Shown here in pieces: positions 35,600 to 45,572 of a stretch of DNA of 64,000 bases. The DNA comes from Candidatus Undinarchaeales archaeon. Its GTDB lineage: Archaea > SpSt-1190 > JASMDC01. A model generated the notes under the pieces. That model was given only the letters and a program-made list of their open reading frames with translations, was not told where the DNA came from and did no database searches. Location of the stretch: assembly GCA_030753015.1 (NCBI GenBank), contig JASMDC010000005.1:1-64000 (forward strand), given 5' to 3'. Positions within the stretch are counted from its first letter, which is position 1, and each line of letters begins with the position of its first letter. The position numbers and the translations under genes were made by a program.

Positions 35600-37741
35600 T
35601 CACCGGTGGCGGATGAATGCGTCCATCCACTGGGACCAGTACTGCACCGGGTTCTTCACAGGCACGGGATCGTTGTTGTTCCCGTTGGGCGAGGGATTGC
35701 GGCCTTCCGGTAGCGAAAAGAGCTCGTTGTTATAGAACACCGCCTGCTCCTCCACCATATGGGCCAGATTGCTGTCAAGGACATCGCGGATGACGTCCTC
35801 CTCCCCCACTGACTCCAGGAGGCCGATGAGGTACGGGGTGTCCCGAGGCCACACCACGGCCTCGTGGTACTGCTCGTCTCCGTAGTAGATACGCTCGTCA
35901 GAGTCCTTGACCAGGATACCGAAGGCCTTGCCCCCTCGCTCGATGAGCAGGTTGTCACGGGTGGTGTCCCATACCCTGCGCAGTTCGTCCTTCGAGAAGA
36001 CGTCCGTACCGAGCATGGAGGCGGCAACGACCGCGGGTGAGCCCCGGGTGGCGTCCTTCCGGCCATTAGCGTCCACCATATTGTAGAGGAATCCTTCCTG
36101 GTCGTTCCAGAACACGTCCTTGTAGCTAGCGGCCCCCAGGGTGTGAAGGATCTCGCATCGCTCGGCGAGCTTGTCGTCACCGGCCTTGCGCGCCACCTCG
36201 GCGCCATGGGAGAGCATGGTCAGCCACTGTGCGTTGACCTCTGGCAGGAAATAGGAGGGCAGGTAGAACTCGTGTCGCGCCTGGTCGCCGCCGACCTCGC
36301 GCACGCGCTCCTCCTCCCATCCGCGCGGGATCCGCTCGGGCAACATATGGCCACCAACCTCGCGCTTGGAGTCGGTCCAGGTGTGCCAGGCAACGGAACG
36401 GATGAGACCGTTGTCCGTTACTACGGGAGCCCCGTCCTCGGTCCCGGGATCGGCGGCGGAGAATCCGTCAAGGGTGCGTCGGAGGCTTCCAAGAACCTCC
36501 TGTGAAAATGATCGGTCACCACTGTCCGTAGCGATACGCAGGCCCGTGTCGATGCACAGGAGCGTGGCGTCCACGGCATTGTAGCTCACAGGCTCACCAG
36601 CACGCTCGGGGAGCTTGTTGGGGATGCGACCTGTATCGTCCTGGAGCTTGAGCCCGGCGCGGACCAGGTCCTTGACGAAGTCATCGCCCTTGATCGTCCG
36701 GTAGGTCTCGTAGCTCGAGCGGACGCCTTCGTAGGCGTCGCGGAACCAGGCGTTCCTGAACCACCAGCCACCCGCCTCAGGTACCGTTGTATCGCCTACG
36801 CGTATGCCGAAGTTGGCCAGCGTTACTGCGCGGTTGAGCACGAGGCCCTCGCGCTCGTCACTCGGGTCCAGTCCGAGCTTCTGTGCCATGGAGGTGATGC
36901 GATACTCCTCGGCTCGCTCGTTGGCCGCATGTGTCATTGTCGCGTCCTGGTAGGCATCGCGCACGGCACCCTCGCCGCGCCCGGCCGCGAACACGACATC
37001 CAGGGCATCTCCGCCAGCCACATCGGCCTCTAGCTTGCCAGCGAATGTCGGGTGTTTCCACTCCTCGCGGAACAAGATGCCTTCAGGCCCCTCTGTCCGG
37101 GACCCCGATCCGAGCTTGTAGCCCCAGGGCATGGTCCGACGGAAGTCCTCGGCGCGTGCGTCCCGCGCTCCTATGAGGAGATACCTGTCGCCGCGGGCCG
37201 CGAACAGTGCGCCGGTGCCAGAGTCCACCCACGAACCGATCTCGTTGGGTGAGGAGCCGTCGTACATATGGCGGATGTCCACGAGCGGGCTCACCGAGAG
37301 ATGGAGCCCATTCTCCTGGCTGTCGACGTTGTACCGGACACGACCGGTGATACCGTCGGCGTCGCCTCCGTCGAGGAGGAAGTAGTCAACATCGACCGAA
37401 CCAACGTTCTCGCCATCGCGTATCATATCGTAATGATAGACGGCCTTATGCGCGTGAGCGGTGACCGATGTGGGCTTGAGGTCGAGCCACTGATCGCCCT
37501 GGCGCACACCGAACGCCATGGAGTCGAGATACTTCCAGTTCTCGCCCTCGGAGTGAACGTTCAGGCCCTCATAGGAAAAGTCACGGTTGGGCGCCATATA
37601 GATGCCCTGGTCCGGGAGGACCGAAGCGGAGAACACCGAGAGCGACATCTCGGCCTGGGGACGCCTGAGCACTACCCGTTGGTTGCGGGCGAATCCCCAG
37701 TCAGGATTCTCGTCACAATCCACGGAGTATCCTGTCTCCAT
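35600..37741 (-). CDS. Amylo-alpha-1,6-glucosidase / glycogen debranching enzyme-like hydrolase
   Basis: AGGWWF..WFRD, GRIPN, YNAVDATL, TWTDS, EVNAQW, YHEAVVWP, VQYWS. Start trimmed to the ATG downstream of the TATA at 37767-37781. Confidence 0.85.
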   Translation of the reverse strand: METGYSVDCDENPDWGFARNQRVVLRRPQAEMSLSVFSASVLPDQGIYMAPNRDFSYEGLNVHSEGENWKYLDSMAFGVRQGDQWLDLKPTSVTAHAHKAVYHYDMIRDGENVGSVDVDYFLLDGGDADGITGRVRYNVDSQENGLHLSVSPLVDIRHMYDGSSPNEIGSWVDSGTGALFAARGDRYLLIGARDARAEDFRRTMPWGYKLGSGSRTEGPEGILFREEWKHPTFAGKLEADVAGGDALDVVFAAGRGEGAVRDAYQDATMTHAANERAEEYRITSMAQKLGLDPSDEREGLVLNRAVTLANFGIRVGDTTVPEAGGWWFRNAWFRDAYEGVRSSYETYRTIKGDDFVKDLVRAGLKLQDDTGRIPNKLPERAGEPVSYNAVDATLLCIDTGLRIATDSGDRSFSQEVLGSLRRTLDGFSAADPGTEDGAPVVTDNGLIRSVAWHTWTDSKREVGGHMLPERIPRGWEEERVREVGGDQARHEFYLPSYFLPEVNAQWLTMLSHGAEVARKAGDDKLAERCEILHTLGAASYKDVFWNDQEGFLYNMVDANGRKDATRGSPAVVAASMLGTDVFSKDELRRVWDTTRDNLLIERGGKAFGILVKDSDERIYYGDEQYHEAVVWPRDTPYLIGLLESVGEEDVIRDVLDSNLAHMVEEQAVFYNNELFSLPEGRNPSPNGNNNDPVPVKNPVQYWSQWMDAFIRHR

Positions 37742-37850
37742 CTGGCACGGTTTCGCTAGACCGCCGGTATTTATACCTTTCCCAGCAGCGTGCCGTGTCA
37801 CTCGGACAAGGGCGCGTGTGGTGACCGTCACCACCGCGGGAACGCCGGGC

Positions 37851-38903
37851 CTACTCCAGATCCTCAGCGATCTTTGCGTAGATCGTGAGATACTGGTCGG
37901 CAATGGCGTCCCAGGTGAATCTTTCTTCGACTCTTTGTCGCGCATGCTTCCCGAACTCCTGGCGCAGCCCCTCGTCCTCCTTGAGAGTGCGCCCGTACTT
38001 TACCAGCCCCTCGTAGTCCTTGGCGAGGAGGCCGGTGCTCCCATCGACAACTACGTCCCGGTTGCTCACGACGTCGTAGGCGAGCACGGGCTTGCCGCAG
38101 GCACAGGCCTCCAGGATGGTGAGGGTCATCCCTTCCCATCCACTGGCCGTAGCGTAGAACGCAGCGCGGCGGTAGGTATCGATCAGGTCCTCTTCGCTCA
38201 GCCCCGTCATGATGTCCAGCTCGACACCGAGCTTGGACGCCAGGAGCATGAGCTCGTCCTTCTGGGGCCCCCGGCCGATTATCTTGAGGGGCATGTCGAT
38301 GTCAGCTGCCAGCTGTACGAGCTGCTCGACCCGTTTCTGTCCGATGAGCCGGCCTACGAAGAGCATGTAGCCCTCGTCCTCCCCCGTGGGGCTGAACGAG
38401 CTTGTGTCCACACCATTGGGGATGTAGGTCGCATCCTTGACCCTGTACGTCCCCTCCAGCTCCTCCTTCTGGGTGAGGGACACGGTAGTGACCCGGTGCA
38501 TTCGGCGATAGAGCGCCGTCGTGCCTCCCAGGAATCCGGCCCTGGCGATCTTCTTCGGTGCCATGGCCGGGTCCAGGGCCATGCTGTACCACCCGTGATA
38601 CGTGCACAGGTAGTTGCGTCGGCCGTTACCCAGAGCCGCCCAGTTGAGCACGGCATGATGGAGGTGGAAGATACCGGTCTCGTTCAGCATGCGGTTGCGA
38701 ACGGTCGTGAGCATCCAGAGCACCTTGTGACGGGTGTCCTTGGTCTTGACCACTTCGATCTCAAGGTTCCGCAGATCGGGATAGTCCACCTCGAACCCGC
38801 TCTCGGCGACCAGGACCTTGACGGGGTGGACCTTCCTGACCCGATCGATGAGGCCGAACATCACTCGGTCGATGCCCCCGCCCTCGATGAAGGTGTTGTT
38901 CAC
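37851..38903 (-). CDS. GT4 glycosyltransferase (start ambiguous)
   Basis: IPNGVD, FVGRL..QK, EGMTLTILEACACGKPV. Confidence 0.9.
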   Translation of the reverse strand: MNNTFIEGGGIDRVMFGLIDRVRKVHPVKVLVAESGFEVDYPDLRNLEIEVVKTKDTRHKVLWMLTTVRNRMLNETGIFHLHHAVLNWAALGNGRRNYLCTYHGWYSMALDPAMAPKKIARAGFLGGTTALYRRMHRVTTVSLTQKEELEGTYRVKDATYIPNGVDTSSFSPTGEDEGYMLFVGRLIGQKRVEQLVQLAADIDMPLKIIGRGPQKDELMLLASKLGVELDIMTGLSEEDLIDTYRRAAFYATASGWEGMTLTILEACACGKPVLAYDVVSNRDVVVDGSTGLLAKDYEGLVKYGRTLKEDEGLRQEFGKHARQRVEERFTWDAIADQYLTIYAKIAEDLE

Positions 38904-38924
38904 GTGGATTATCTCGGCGACCGT

Positions 38925-39830
38925 TCAGACCACCCCCCGCAGGAAACCCGAAGCGTACGTTATGAAGCGCACAAGTGCCAGAGGCAGGAACGCGATGGCC
39001 GCGAGACCATGATCATTGAGCCCTTGGAAGAGCACAGGCAGCCCGTCCACCATCAGGAAGGCGACCAATAGGAGCGTCAGCGCCAATCCCCCGGCCGGAA
39101 CGAAAGGCGCAGCGATCGCAAGAGGGATGAGCACAAGGCCGCCCAGGCAGTAGAGGGTGTTGCCCGGATTGTGAAGGCCGTGCTTGCGCACGAGCCGCCC
39201 CTGGCCGACGCCGTAGCCGAACTGCTGACGGAGCCAGGGACCGATCGAGGCGCGGTGGTGATGGCGGGCCTTTGCTTTGGGGACGTAGACCGCTTCGAAT
39301 CCGGCCGCCTCCGCCCTGATGAGCAGGTCCAGGTCCTCGCCGGTGGGCAGCTGCGTGTCGAACCCGTCCAGATCGTCAAGGAGCTTTCGTGTGTATGCGG
39401 TGCACCAGGATGGCGCTCGCGCCGGTGCGCGGTGGAAGTGGAGCTCCGTGCGTGAACCCTCGAACCGCTCCACCAGTGTAAGAGCGCCTGCGGCCCCTAC
39501 CCTTCCGGTGGCGATGGCGATGTTGTCCTTCAGTGCAGGGAGGAGGGCGGACAGGAATCCTTTCTCGAGGTTTATGTCCGCATCCACGAAGAGGACCACA
39601 TTACCGCTCGTCTCTGCGATGCCGCGATTGCGAGCGCGGGCGATGCCGCGTGTCCCCTCGATGACCACCCGGGCGCCATGCTCGGCCGCGAGCTCCCGCG
39701 TGCCATCAGTGGAACCTCCATCGACCACGACGACCTCTGCTGGCGGGGGCTCTTGGGCAGCGAGGCTATCCAGCGTCGCAGCAACGGTGTCCACGTTGTC
39801 CAGGGTGAGCACGACCGCGCTGACCTCCAC
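38925..39830 (-). CDS. GT2 glycosyltransferase with C-terminal TM helices
   Basis: VVVDGGSTDGT, ARNRG, FVDAD, GEDLDL, QQFGYG. Start trimmed to GTG 39830. Confidence 0.9.
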   Translation of the reverse strand: MEVSAVVLTLDNVDTVAATLDSLAAQEPPPAEVVVVDGGSTDGTRELAAEHGARVVIEGTRGIARARNRGIAETSGNVVLFVDADINLEKGFLSALLPALKDNIAIATGRVGAAGALTLVERFEGSRTELHFHRAPARAPSWCTAYTRKLLDDLDGFDTQLPTGEDLDLLIRAEAAGFEAVYVPKAKARHHHRASIGPWLRQQFGYGVGQGRLVRKHGLHNPGNTLYCLGGLVLIPLAIAAPFVPAGGLALTLLLVAFLMVDGLPVLFQGLNDHGLAAIAFLPLALVRFITYASGFLRGVV

Positions 39831-39883
39831 GGTGTGGGGGGGTGGCTGCACCCTTTTAATGCTTATCCACCACATAGCATCCC

Positions 39884-41014
39884 ATGCGCCTGTGCCTCTA
39901 CAGCCCGTCGCTCGGTGAGGTTGTCGCCGGGGGTGCCGAGACCTTCGGTCGGGAGATCGCACGCCGGCTCTCAAGGCGCCATGAGGTCCATGTAGTGTGC
40001 GGCGGCACCGTAGCGCCCGAACTCGCAGCGATAAAGGACATCACGTTCCATACATTCCCATACGTGCGGCGCAATTCAGCCCCGGCGGACGCCTTCCGCA
40101 GTCTCACCCGTTACCATCTGGACGCCTTCTGGCTGGAATCGGTGTCCTTCTTCCCGGCGGCAAAGCGACACTTCACAGAGAACGAGTACGACCTCGTGGC
40201 CGTGCTCTATCCACCGGATTCCATGGTGCGCTCCGTGGCCAAAGGGAAGCTCGCCGTCCATTTCCAGGGCTATCCCGTGGGGAGTATCAAGCGGCGGATC
40301 TACAAGCGCATCCTCGACAGGTACGATCCAGAGGTATCCGCGTCGTGCAGCCGATTCGTGGCTGAGCGTGTCCGCGAGTCGCTGGGGATCGAGAGCGCGG
40401 TGGTTTACAACGGCGTTGACACGAAACGTTTTGCACCAGGTAAGCGTGATCCCGAACTCATGGAGGCCTTCCTGCTGGAAGATCGCCAGGCAGTGCTCTT
40501 CGTCGGCCGGTTCACCAAACAGAAGGGTGTGGACACCCTCCTGCGCGCCATTGCCCGGATGCCCGACGACACGGTGCTCCTCTTGGCAGGTGGAGGACCG
40601 CTTGAAGAACGGCTACGTGCGTTGGCCAAGGAACTGGGCATAGAGGAGCGGATCCGGTTCCTGGGCGTCGTGGCCCACCATGAGCTTCCCCGGCTCTACA
40701 AAGCGGCCAACGTCGTGGCCGTTCCCTCGAACATGGAACCACTGGGGATCGTCTGCCTCGAGGCCATGGCCTGTGGTGCTCCCGTGGTAGCATCGGACGT
40801 GGGAGGGCTGCCCGAGCTCGTGGGAGAGGACGCTGGACAGCTCATAGAGCCCGGTGACCCGGAGGGTCTGGCCCAGGGGCTCACAACGGTGCTTGAGGAC
40901 GATAAGCTGGCACGTCGCATGGGCGCCGCGGGGAGAAAACGGGCCGAGAAGATGGACTGGGACGCAATCTCTGCCCAGGTAGAGGACCTCTACCTCGCCG
41001 GGTTAAAAGAGTGA
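39884..41014 (+). CDS. GT4 glycosyltransferase
   Basis: GGAE, YNGVD, FVGR..QKG, EPLGIVCLEAMACG. Confidence 0.93.
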   Translation: MRLCLYSPSLGEVVAGGAETFGREIARRLSRRHEVHVVCGGTVAPELAAIKDITFHTFPYVRRNSAPADAFRSLTRYHLDAFWLESVSFFPAAKRHFTENEYDLVAVLYPPDSMVRSVAKGKLAVHFQGYPVGSIKRRIYKRILDRYDPEVSASCSRFVAERVRESLGIESAVVYNGVDTKRFAPGKRDPELMEAFLLEDRQAVLFVGRFTKQKGVDTLLRAIARMPDDTVLLLAGGGPLEERLRALAKELGIEERIRFLGVVAHHELPRLYKAANVVAVPSNMEPLGIVCLEAMACGAPVVASDVGGLPELVGEDAGQLIEPGDPEGLAQGLTTVLEDDKLARRMGAAGRKRAEKMDWDAISAQVEDLYLAGLKE

Positions 41015-41050
41015 GTCTTTTTAATGGAGGAATGCACTTAGTAGTGCTGT

Positions 41051-41539
41051 ATGGTCCTACATATGGACTTCTCCTTGATGGACGGGACCTCTAAGGCCAT
41101 CTTCATCATCCTCGTTTTCATCGTCACCTACATCTTCGCCCTCATCCCCCTTGGCATGATGCTCTCGCCCGAGACCACGCTTGCATACAATATGATGAAC
41201 GGTGACACTCCGCAGCTGCGCCTGCTCAACATGCTGGCGGTTGTCGTTGCGCTCGCGGTGGGCTTCCTGGTCTCCTACAACATCGCATTGGCCCAGCGAG
41301 ATGAGCCCGAGCACCAGCTGGAGATCATCAAGAAAGCATTGAGCGATGATGAGCGACTCATCATCGAGGAGGTGGAGCGCTCCGGCGAGATCACGCAGGA
41401 CTCACTGCGCTTCCGCCTGGACTGGAGCAAGGCCAAGGTATCCACGGTGCTCAGCAATCTGGATCGGATGGGCGTCATCCAGCGTGAGCGGATGGGTAAG
41501 ACCTACAAGGTGTTCCTCGACTCGTCCCGAGTATCCTGA
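41051..41539 (+). CDS. Membrane protein with C-terminal winged HTH (COG2512-like)
   Basis: Two TM segments then LSDDER...ITQDSL...WSKAKVSTVLSNL. Confidence 0.8.
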   Translation: MVLHMDFSLMDGTSKAIFIILVFIVTYIFALIPLGMMLSPETTLAYNMMNGDTPQLRLLNMLAVVVALAVGFLVSYNIALAQRDEPEHQLEIIKKALSDDERLIIEEVERSGEITQDSLRFRLDWSKAKVSTVLSNLDRMGVIQRERMGKTYKVFLDSSRVS

Positions 41540-41627
41540 GACCGGCCGGCGAGCGCAAAGTCATCCATTTATCCTTTTCCCCACGAATCCCCTTTATACC
41601 TACGTTAACGGTAAAGGACGAAGCATC

Positions 41628-42491
41628 ATGGAAGGCGTGAGAGAGGTCGGATGGGCTGTCAAGCCCAGCGTGCTTGGATTCGAGGGAGACTGGGGGAGCG
41701 GAATCGCCAGCGCTCGCGACGTGGCCACGGCCGCAGGGATGGATTACCTGGTCGTGGACGCAGAGTTCGAACAACATTACCCGCCGCCAACGGTCGTGCA
41801 GGACCTCCTTTCCACATTCGACCAAGTGCGCCTCATGCTCACCATCCAGGCGCTCTCCAACGCCGGGCTGCGGCTCCTCACCGCTCTTGGTAAGCGGAAA
41901 GTGCTGAATGATGACAACCTCATCATCAACCTCGTACGTGGCAATGACGCCTACCTCTCCCCTGCGGAGAAGGCACAGAACTCCATCACTGCCCTGCGTC
42001 GCACCCTTGGAGTGCTGGACAAGTACCATGCCAAGGTGTGGGTGGGCGGGGAGGGCCCCCGTATCACCGGGTGGGCGATGCCCAACCATAATGCCGGCCG
42101 CTTCACGTTCTTCGCCCTCATGAACACGGGGCTCAACGAACGCCTGACCGCCATGGAGCACCCCGGTGCACTCTACACCCTCGCTCTCCACGCAGAGGGT
42201 GATGGGTACCAGGCGCTTGCTGACAAGATGGGGACCGGGTACTTCCTCCGCCGCCCTTGGATCGTGGAGGACCTGAAGGCCCGGGGTATCGATCCCCAAA
42301 AGGCCACTAGCTCCGACATGGCCCTTTACGCCAAGGAAGTTGGCATCGCAGGTGCGGGTGATGCGCTCAGGGAGCAGGTGGACCGGCTCCCCCCCATGGA
42401 CAAGGTCGTTTTCTACGTGCCCGAGACCGACACATCGGTGTTGGAAACACAGTTGACGGACCTGGGCAACGCCCTTCGCGGCCAAGAGTGA
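41628..42491 (+). CDS. Hypothetical protein, possibly a divergent luciferase-like (LLM) TIM barrel
   Basis: AAGMDYL, VWVGGEGPR and IAG..D.LREQVDRL resemble LLM motifs. Overlaps the proB start. Confidence 0.5.
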   Translation: MEGVREVGWAVKPSVLGFEGDWGSGIASARDVATAAGMDYLVVDAEFEQHYPPPTVVQDLLSTFDQVRLMLTIQALSNAGLRLLTALGKRKVLNDDNLIINLVRGNDAYLSPAEKAQNSITALRRTLGVLDKYHAKVWVGGEGPRITGWAMPNHNAGRFTFFALMNTGLNERLTAMEHPGALYTLALHAEGDGYQALADKMGTGYFLRRPWIVEDLKARGIDPQKATSSDMALYAKEVGIAGAGDALREQVDRLPPMDKVVFYVPETDTSVLETQLTDLGNALRGQE

Positions 42492-43615
42492 ACCATATAA
42501 AGCCTGCCAATGGATTCCCCCTCGTGGACCGAAAGGACCTCGCCAATGCTCGCCGTGTGGTCGTGAAGGTCGGTACATCCGCCTTCGTTGACCGACAAGG
42601 CCTGGCATCCGAGCGCGTACGGACGCTGGTGGACGATATCGTGTCCCTCGTATGGCGGGGGATCGACGTTATCGTGGTCAGTTCGGGTGCCATCCCCTTC
42701 GGGATGGAGGCACTTAGGTTGAAAGAGCGTCCTCGTGACCTGAACACGCTCCAGGCGATCGCTGCTGTTGGCCAGAGCCTGCTCATGAAGGGATACGAGG
42801 AGGGATTCGGCGCCCACAATATCAACGTGGCCCAGGTGCTCCTGACCGCCGACGATGTCACAGACCGGCGACGTTACGTTAACGTGCGCAACACGGTACT
42901 TACGCTCTTCAACCTGGGCGTTGTCCCGGTCGTGAACGAGAACGATACCATCGCCGTGGACGAGATCAGGTATGGCGACAACGACAAGCTCTCCGCGCAC
43001 GTGGCCGTCGCTGTCGAGGCCGACCTCCTCATCCTCCTGTCAGGATCGGACGGGCTCCTCGGACCGGGCCGTGATGGTGCGCGTGTGCCGGTTGTCGAGG
43101 AGGTCACACCGGTCGTGGAGCGTCAGGCCCGCCGGCATCCCAAGGCGAAGCTGGCGAGCAAGGTGAAGGCATCCCGCATCGCCACTCATGCCGGCATCCC
43201 CGTGGTGATGCTCCACCACTCCACCGAACGGGCGTGCGAAATGGTGGTCGATGGCGAGGACCTCGGGACGCTCTTCAAACCACAGAAACCCCTGGAGGGT
43301 CGGTTCACATGGCTCCTGTTCTCCAGCCGTCCCAAGGGAGTGCTGCGTGTTGACGCTGGCGCCAAAAGTGCTCTCACGAGCCGCCAGTGCAGCCTGCTCC
43401 CCTCTGGTGTCATCGAGGTGGAAGGCACCTTCCGCAAGGGCGATACGGTCTCTCTTGCAGGGCCCGACGGGGAGGAGTTCGCCCGGGGGATCGTCAACTA
43501 CACGAGCCGTGATGCGGCAAAGATCGCTGGGCTCCAGACCGACGAGATAGCTGGTGTCCTGGGGAAGGAGAGCTACAAGGAGCTCGTTAACTCCCACAAC
43601 CTCGTCGTCCTCTGA
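42488..43615 (+). CDS. proB: Glutamate 5-kinase with PUA domain
   Basis: VVVKVGTS, VSSGAI, AAVGQ, VNEND, YGDNDKLSA, VDAGA...SLLPSGV. Confidence 0.95.
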   Translation: MNHIKPANGFPLVDRKDLANARRVVVKVGTSAFVDRQGLASERVRTLVDDIVSLVWRGIDVIVVSSGAIPFGMEALRLKERPRDLNTLQAIAAVGQSLLMKGYEEGFGAHNINVAQVLLTADDVTDRRRYVNVRNTVLTLFNLGVVPVVNENDTIAVDEIRYGDNDKLSAHVAVAVEADLLILLSGSDGLLGPGRDGARVPVVEEVTPVVERQARRHPKAKLASKVKASRIATHAGIPVVMLHHSTERACEMVVDGEDLGTLFKPQKPLEGRFTWLLFSSRPKGVLRVDAGAKSALTSRQCSLLPSGVIEVEGTFRKGDTVSLAGPDGEEFARGIVNYTSRDAAKIAGLQTDEIAGVLGKESYKELVNSHNLVVL

Positions 43616-43680
43616 ACTGTGAGCTGGTCTAGCACGATTCCGAAAGGTATAAATACGGCGTTACCTGCCAGTAGTGACCA

Positions 43681-44661
43681 GTGGGGTACCTGGGTGTAAT
43701 CAACTCATGTGGAGGTATAGGAGCACCTCTCTCCGTCAAGGCGCAGATCTGCGGCTATGGCGAGAAGGAGGACCTTGCAAAAGAGATGCTCCGCGAGGTA
43801 GTGGACGCTCTCGATGCCGCGGGGTACGAGTCTATGTACTTCGCCGCGGCCGGCATGGCCAACGCCAATGGTGCGACCTACGCCGACGACGACCAGGCGA
43901 ACGATCCCGAGACGATCGCGCACGAGGAATGGCACGTCGAGCTCGCCCGCGGTCACTACACCGACAACCAGGAGCTCACCAACATCCTCAACGAGTCCTC
44001 GGCCCATGCAGTGGGCCTGTACAACGCACGCGAGGTCTACCGGGAGTCAGGTGACAAGGAGAAGCTCGCCAAGGTAGAGAAGCAGATCGAGCACTCCAAG
44101 GAGTACTCCGCGCACATGCTCGAGACCTACACCCTCGTCAAGGAAGCCGAGGAAAATGGAGAGGACCTCGAGAAGCTCCGTAGCAAGGTGTGGAAGACCG
44201 CCCACGAGACCCGATGGAGCTACGATCGCAAGAACTGGACCTCCCTGCTCGTCGACATGTCCTACTTCGGTGCCTTCGGCCCGGCGTTCGACGTGCTCGA
44301 GACGCACGGCCTTGAGCGTGGGAAGGACATCCTCAAGGAAGCCTTCGAGACCACGAACGAGTCTGTCGACATCACCGCTGGCAAGGACCACCTCCTCGAG
44401 TACCTCTCCGATGAGGAGCGGGAGCGGTACGATGGTGAGCTCGAGATCGTGGAGTCAAAGGCCCCCAACCAGTTCCACATCTCCGGCGAGGACTTCAACA
44501 TCGGCCTCTGGACCCAGGACGAGCGTGCCGTGCACATAATCGAAGAGGTCTACGAGAAGTACAGGGACCGGTTCGAATCAAAGGCGAAGGTCATCCCGTC
44601 CCCCGCCCAGACCGTGGACGACGAGCTCCTCGACGCGACCGAGATCCGGAAGGCCGCGTGA
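43681..44661 (+). CDS. Putative gluzincin-type zinc metallopeptidase
   Basis: IAHEEWH followed by LNESSA. BRE-TATA at 43642-43656. Confidence 0.55.
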   Translation: MGYLGVINSCGGIGAPLSVKAQICGYGEKEDLAKEMLREVVDALDAAGYESMYFAAAGMANANGATYADDDQANDPETIAHEEWHVELARGHYTDNQELTNILNESSAHAVGLYNAREVYRESGDKEKLAKVEKQIEHSKEYSAHMLETYTLVKEAEENGEDLEKLRSKVWKTAHETRWSYDRKNWTSLLVDMSYFGAFGPAFDVLETHGLERGKDILKEAFETTNESVDITAGKDHLLEYLSDEERERYDGELEIVESKAPNQFHISGEDFNIGLWTQDERAVHIIEEVYEKYRDRFESKAKVIPSPAQTVDDELLDATEIRKAA

Positions 44662-44866
44662 GAAGCGCAACCCTCACAGACCGTCCATGGTCCGGCTTGA
44701 TTTACTGGAGGAGTATCAGGACAGCTCCAAGATCTTGTCAAACGTCCTCACTCCGCGGAGGCCCGTATGGCCCAAGTCCCACAGAAAAGGTTTTAGTAGC
44801 TACGCCCAGACAAGATTCTACCTTGAAATTGAGTACCCATGAACACGGTCAAGGGATGATACCAAG

Positions 44867-45559
44867 ATGAGCTTGTCAGTCATTATCCCCGCCTATAATG
44901 AAGAAGAGTGCATCTCAAAATGTATCGTTGATACTCAACGAGTACTCTCAGATATCGAACATGAGATCATTCTTGTCAATGACGGAAGCACGGACGGTAC
45001 GGATCCTATCATCCGTCAGGACATTCAGAACAAGGACAAGGTCGTATATCTTTCCTATACACCTAATAGAGGGTATTCCCATGCCATCAGGAAGGGCCTG
45101 GAAAAAGCAACAAAGAAGTATGTTTCAATCATTGATGCCGATCTTCAATATCACCCCCAAGAACTCCTTAGAATGTACCATTACGTGACCGAACGAAATA
45201 TTTCTTTTTTGATCGGAGAACCCGAGATCAAATACTATTCCCACATCAGGTCCGGTATTTCACGCGTTTACAACACGTTCATCTCATATTTATTCAACAT
45301 TTCCATTGCTGATGTGAACTCATTGAAGATCATGGAAAGAAAATACGTGGAACGCATCAATTTTATCCAGGATCATGAAGTGATAAACCTCGAACTATTG
45401 CTAGGATTCATTCTACAGGGCATCCCCATTGATAAAACTCCGATAACTGTAGAAAAAAGAGTGGCTGGACACTCAAAATGTTCACTTGGTTTGATCTATC
45501 GTACCATTTACGGCAGCCTGGTGTTCAGATCCTCGATGCATAGGCTATTGAAAAAATAG
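44867..45559 (+). CDS. GT2 glycosyltransferase (AT-rich islet)
   Basis: IIPAYNEE, NDGSTDGT, NRGY, DADLQY. Confidence 0.9.
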   Translation: MSLSVIIPAYNEEECISKCIVDTQRVLSDIEHEIILVNDGSTDGTDPIIRQDIQNKDKVVYLSYTPNRGYSHAIRKGLEKATKKYVSIIDADLQYHPQELLRMYHYVTERNISFLIGEPEIKYYSHIRSGISRVYNTFISYLFNISIADVNSLKIMERKYVERINFIQDHEVINLELLLGFILQGIPIDKTPITVEKRVAGHSKCSLGLIYRTIYGSLVFRSSMHRLLKK

Positions 45560-45572
45560 AATTCACCAGGGA

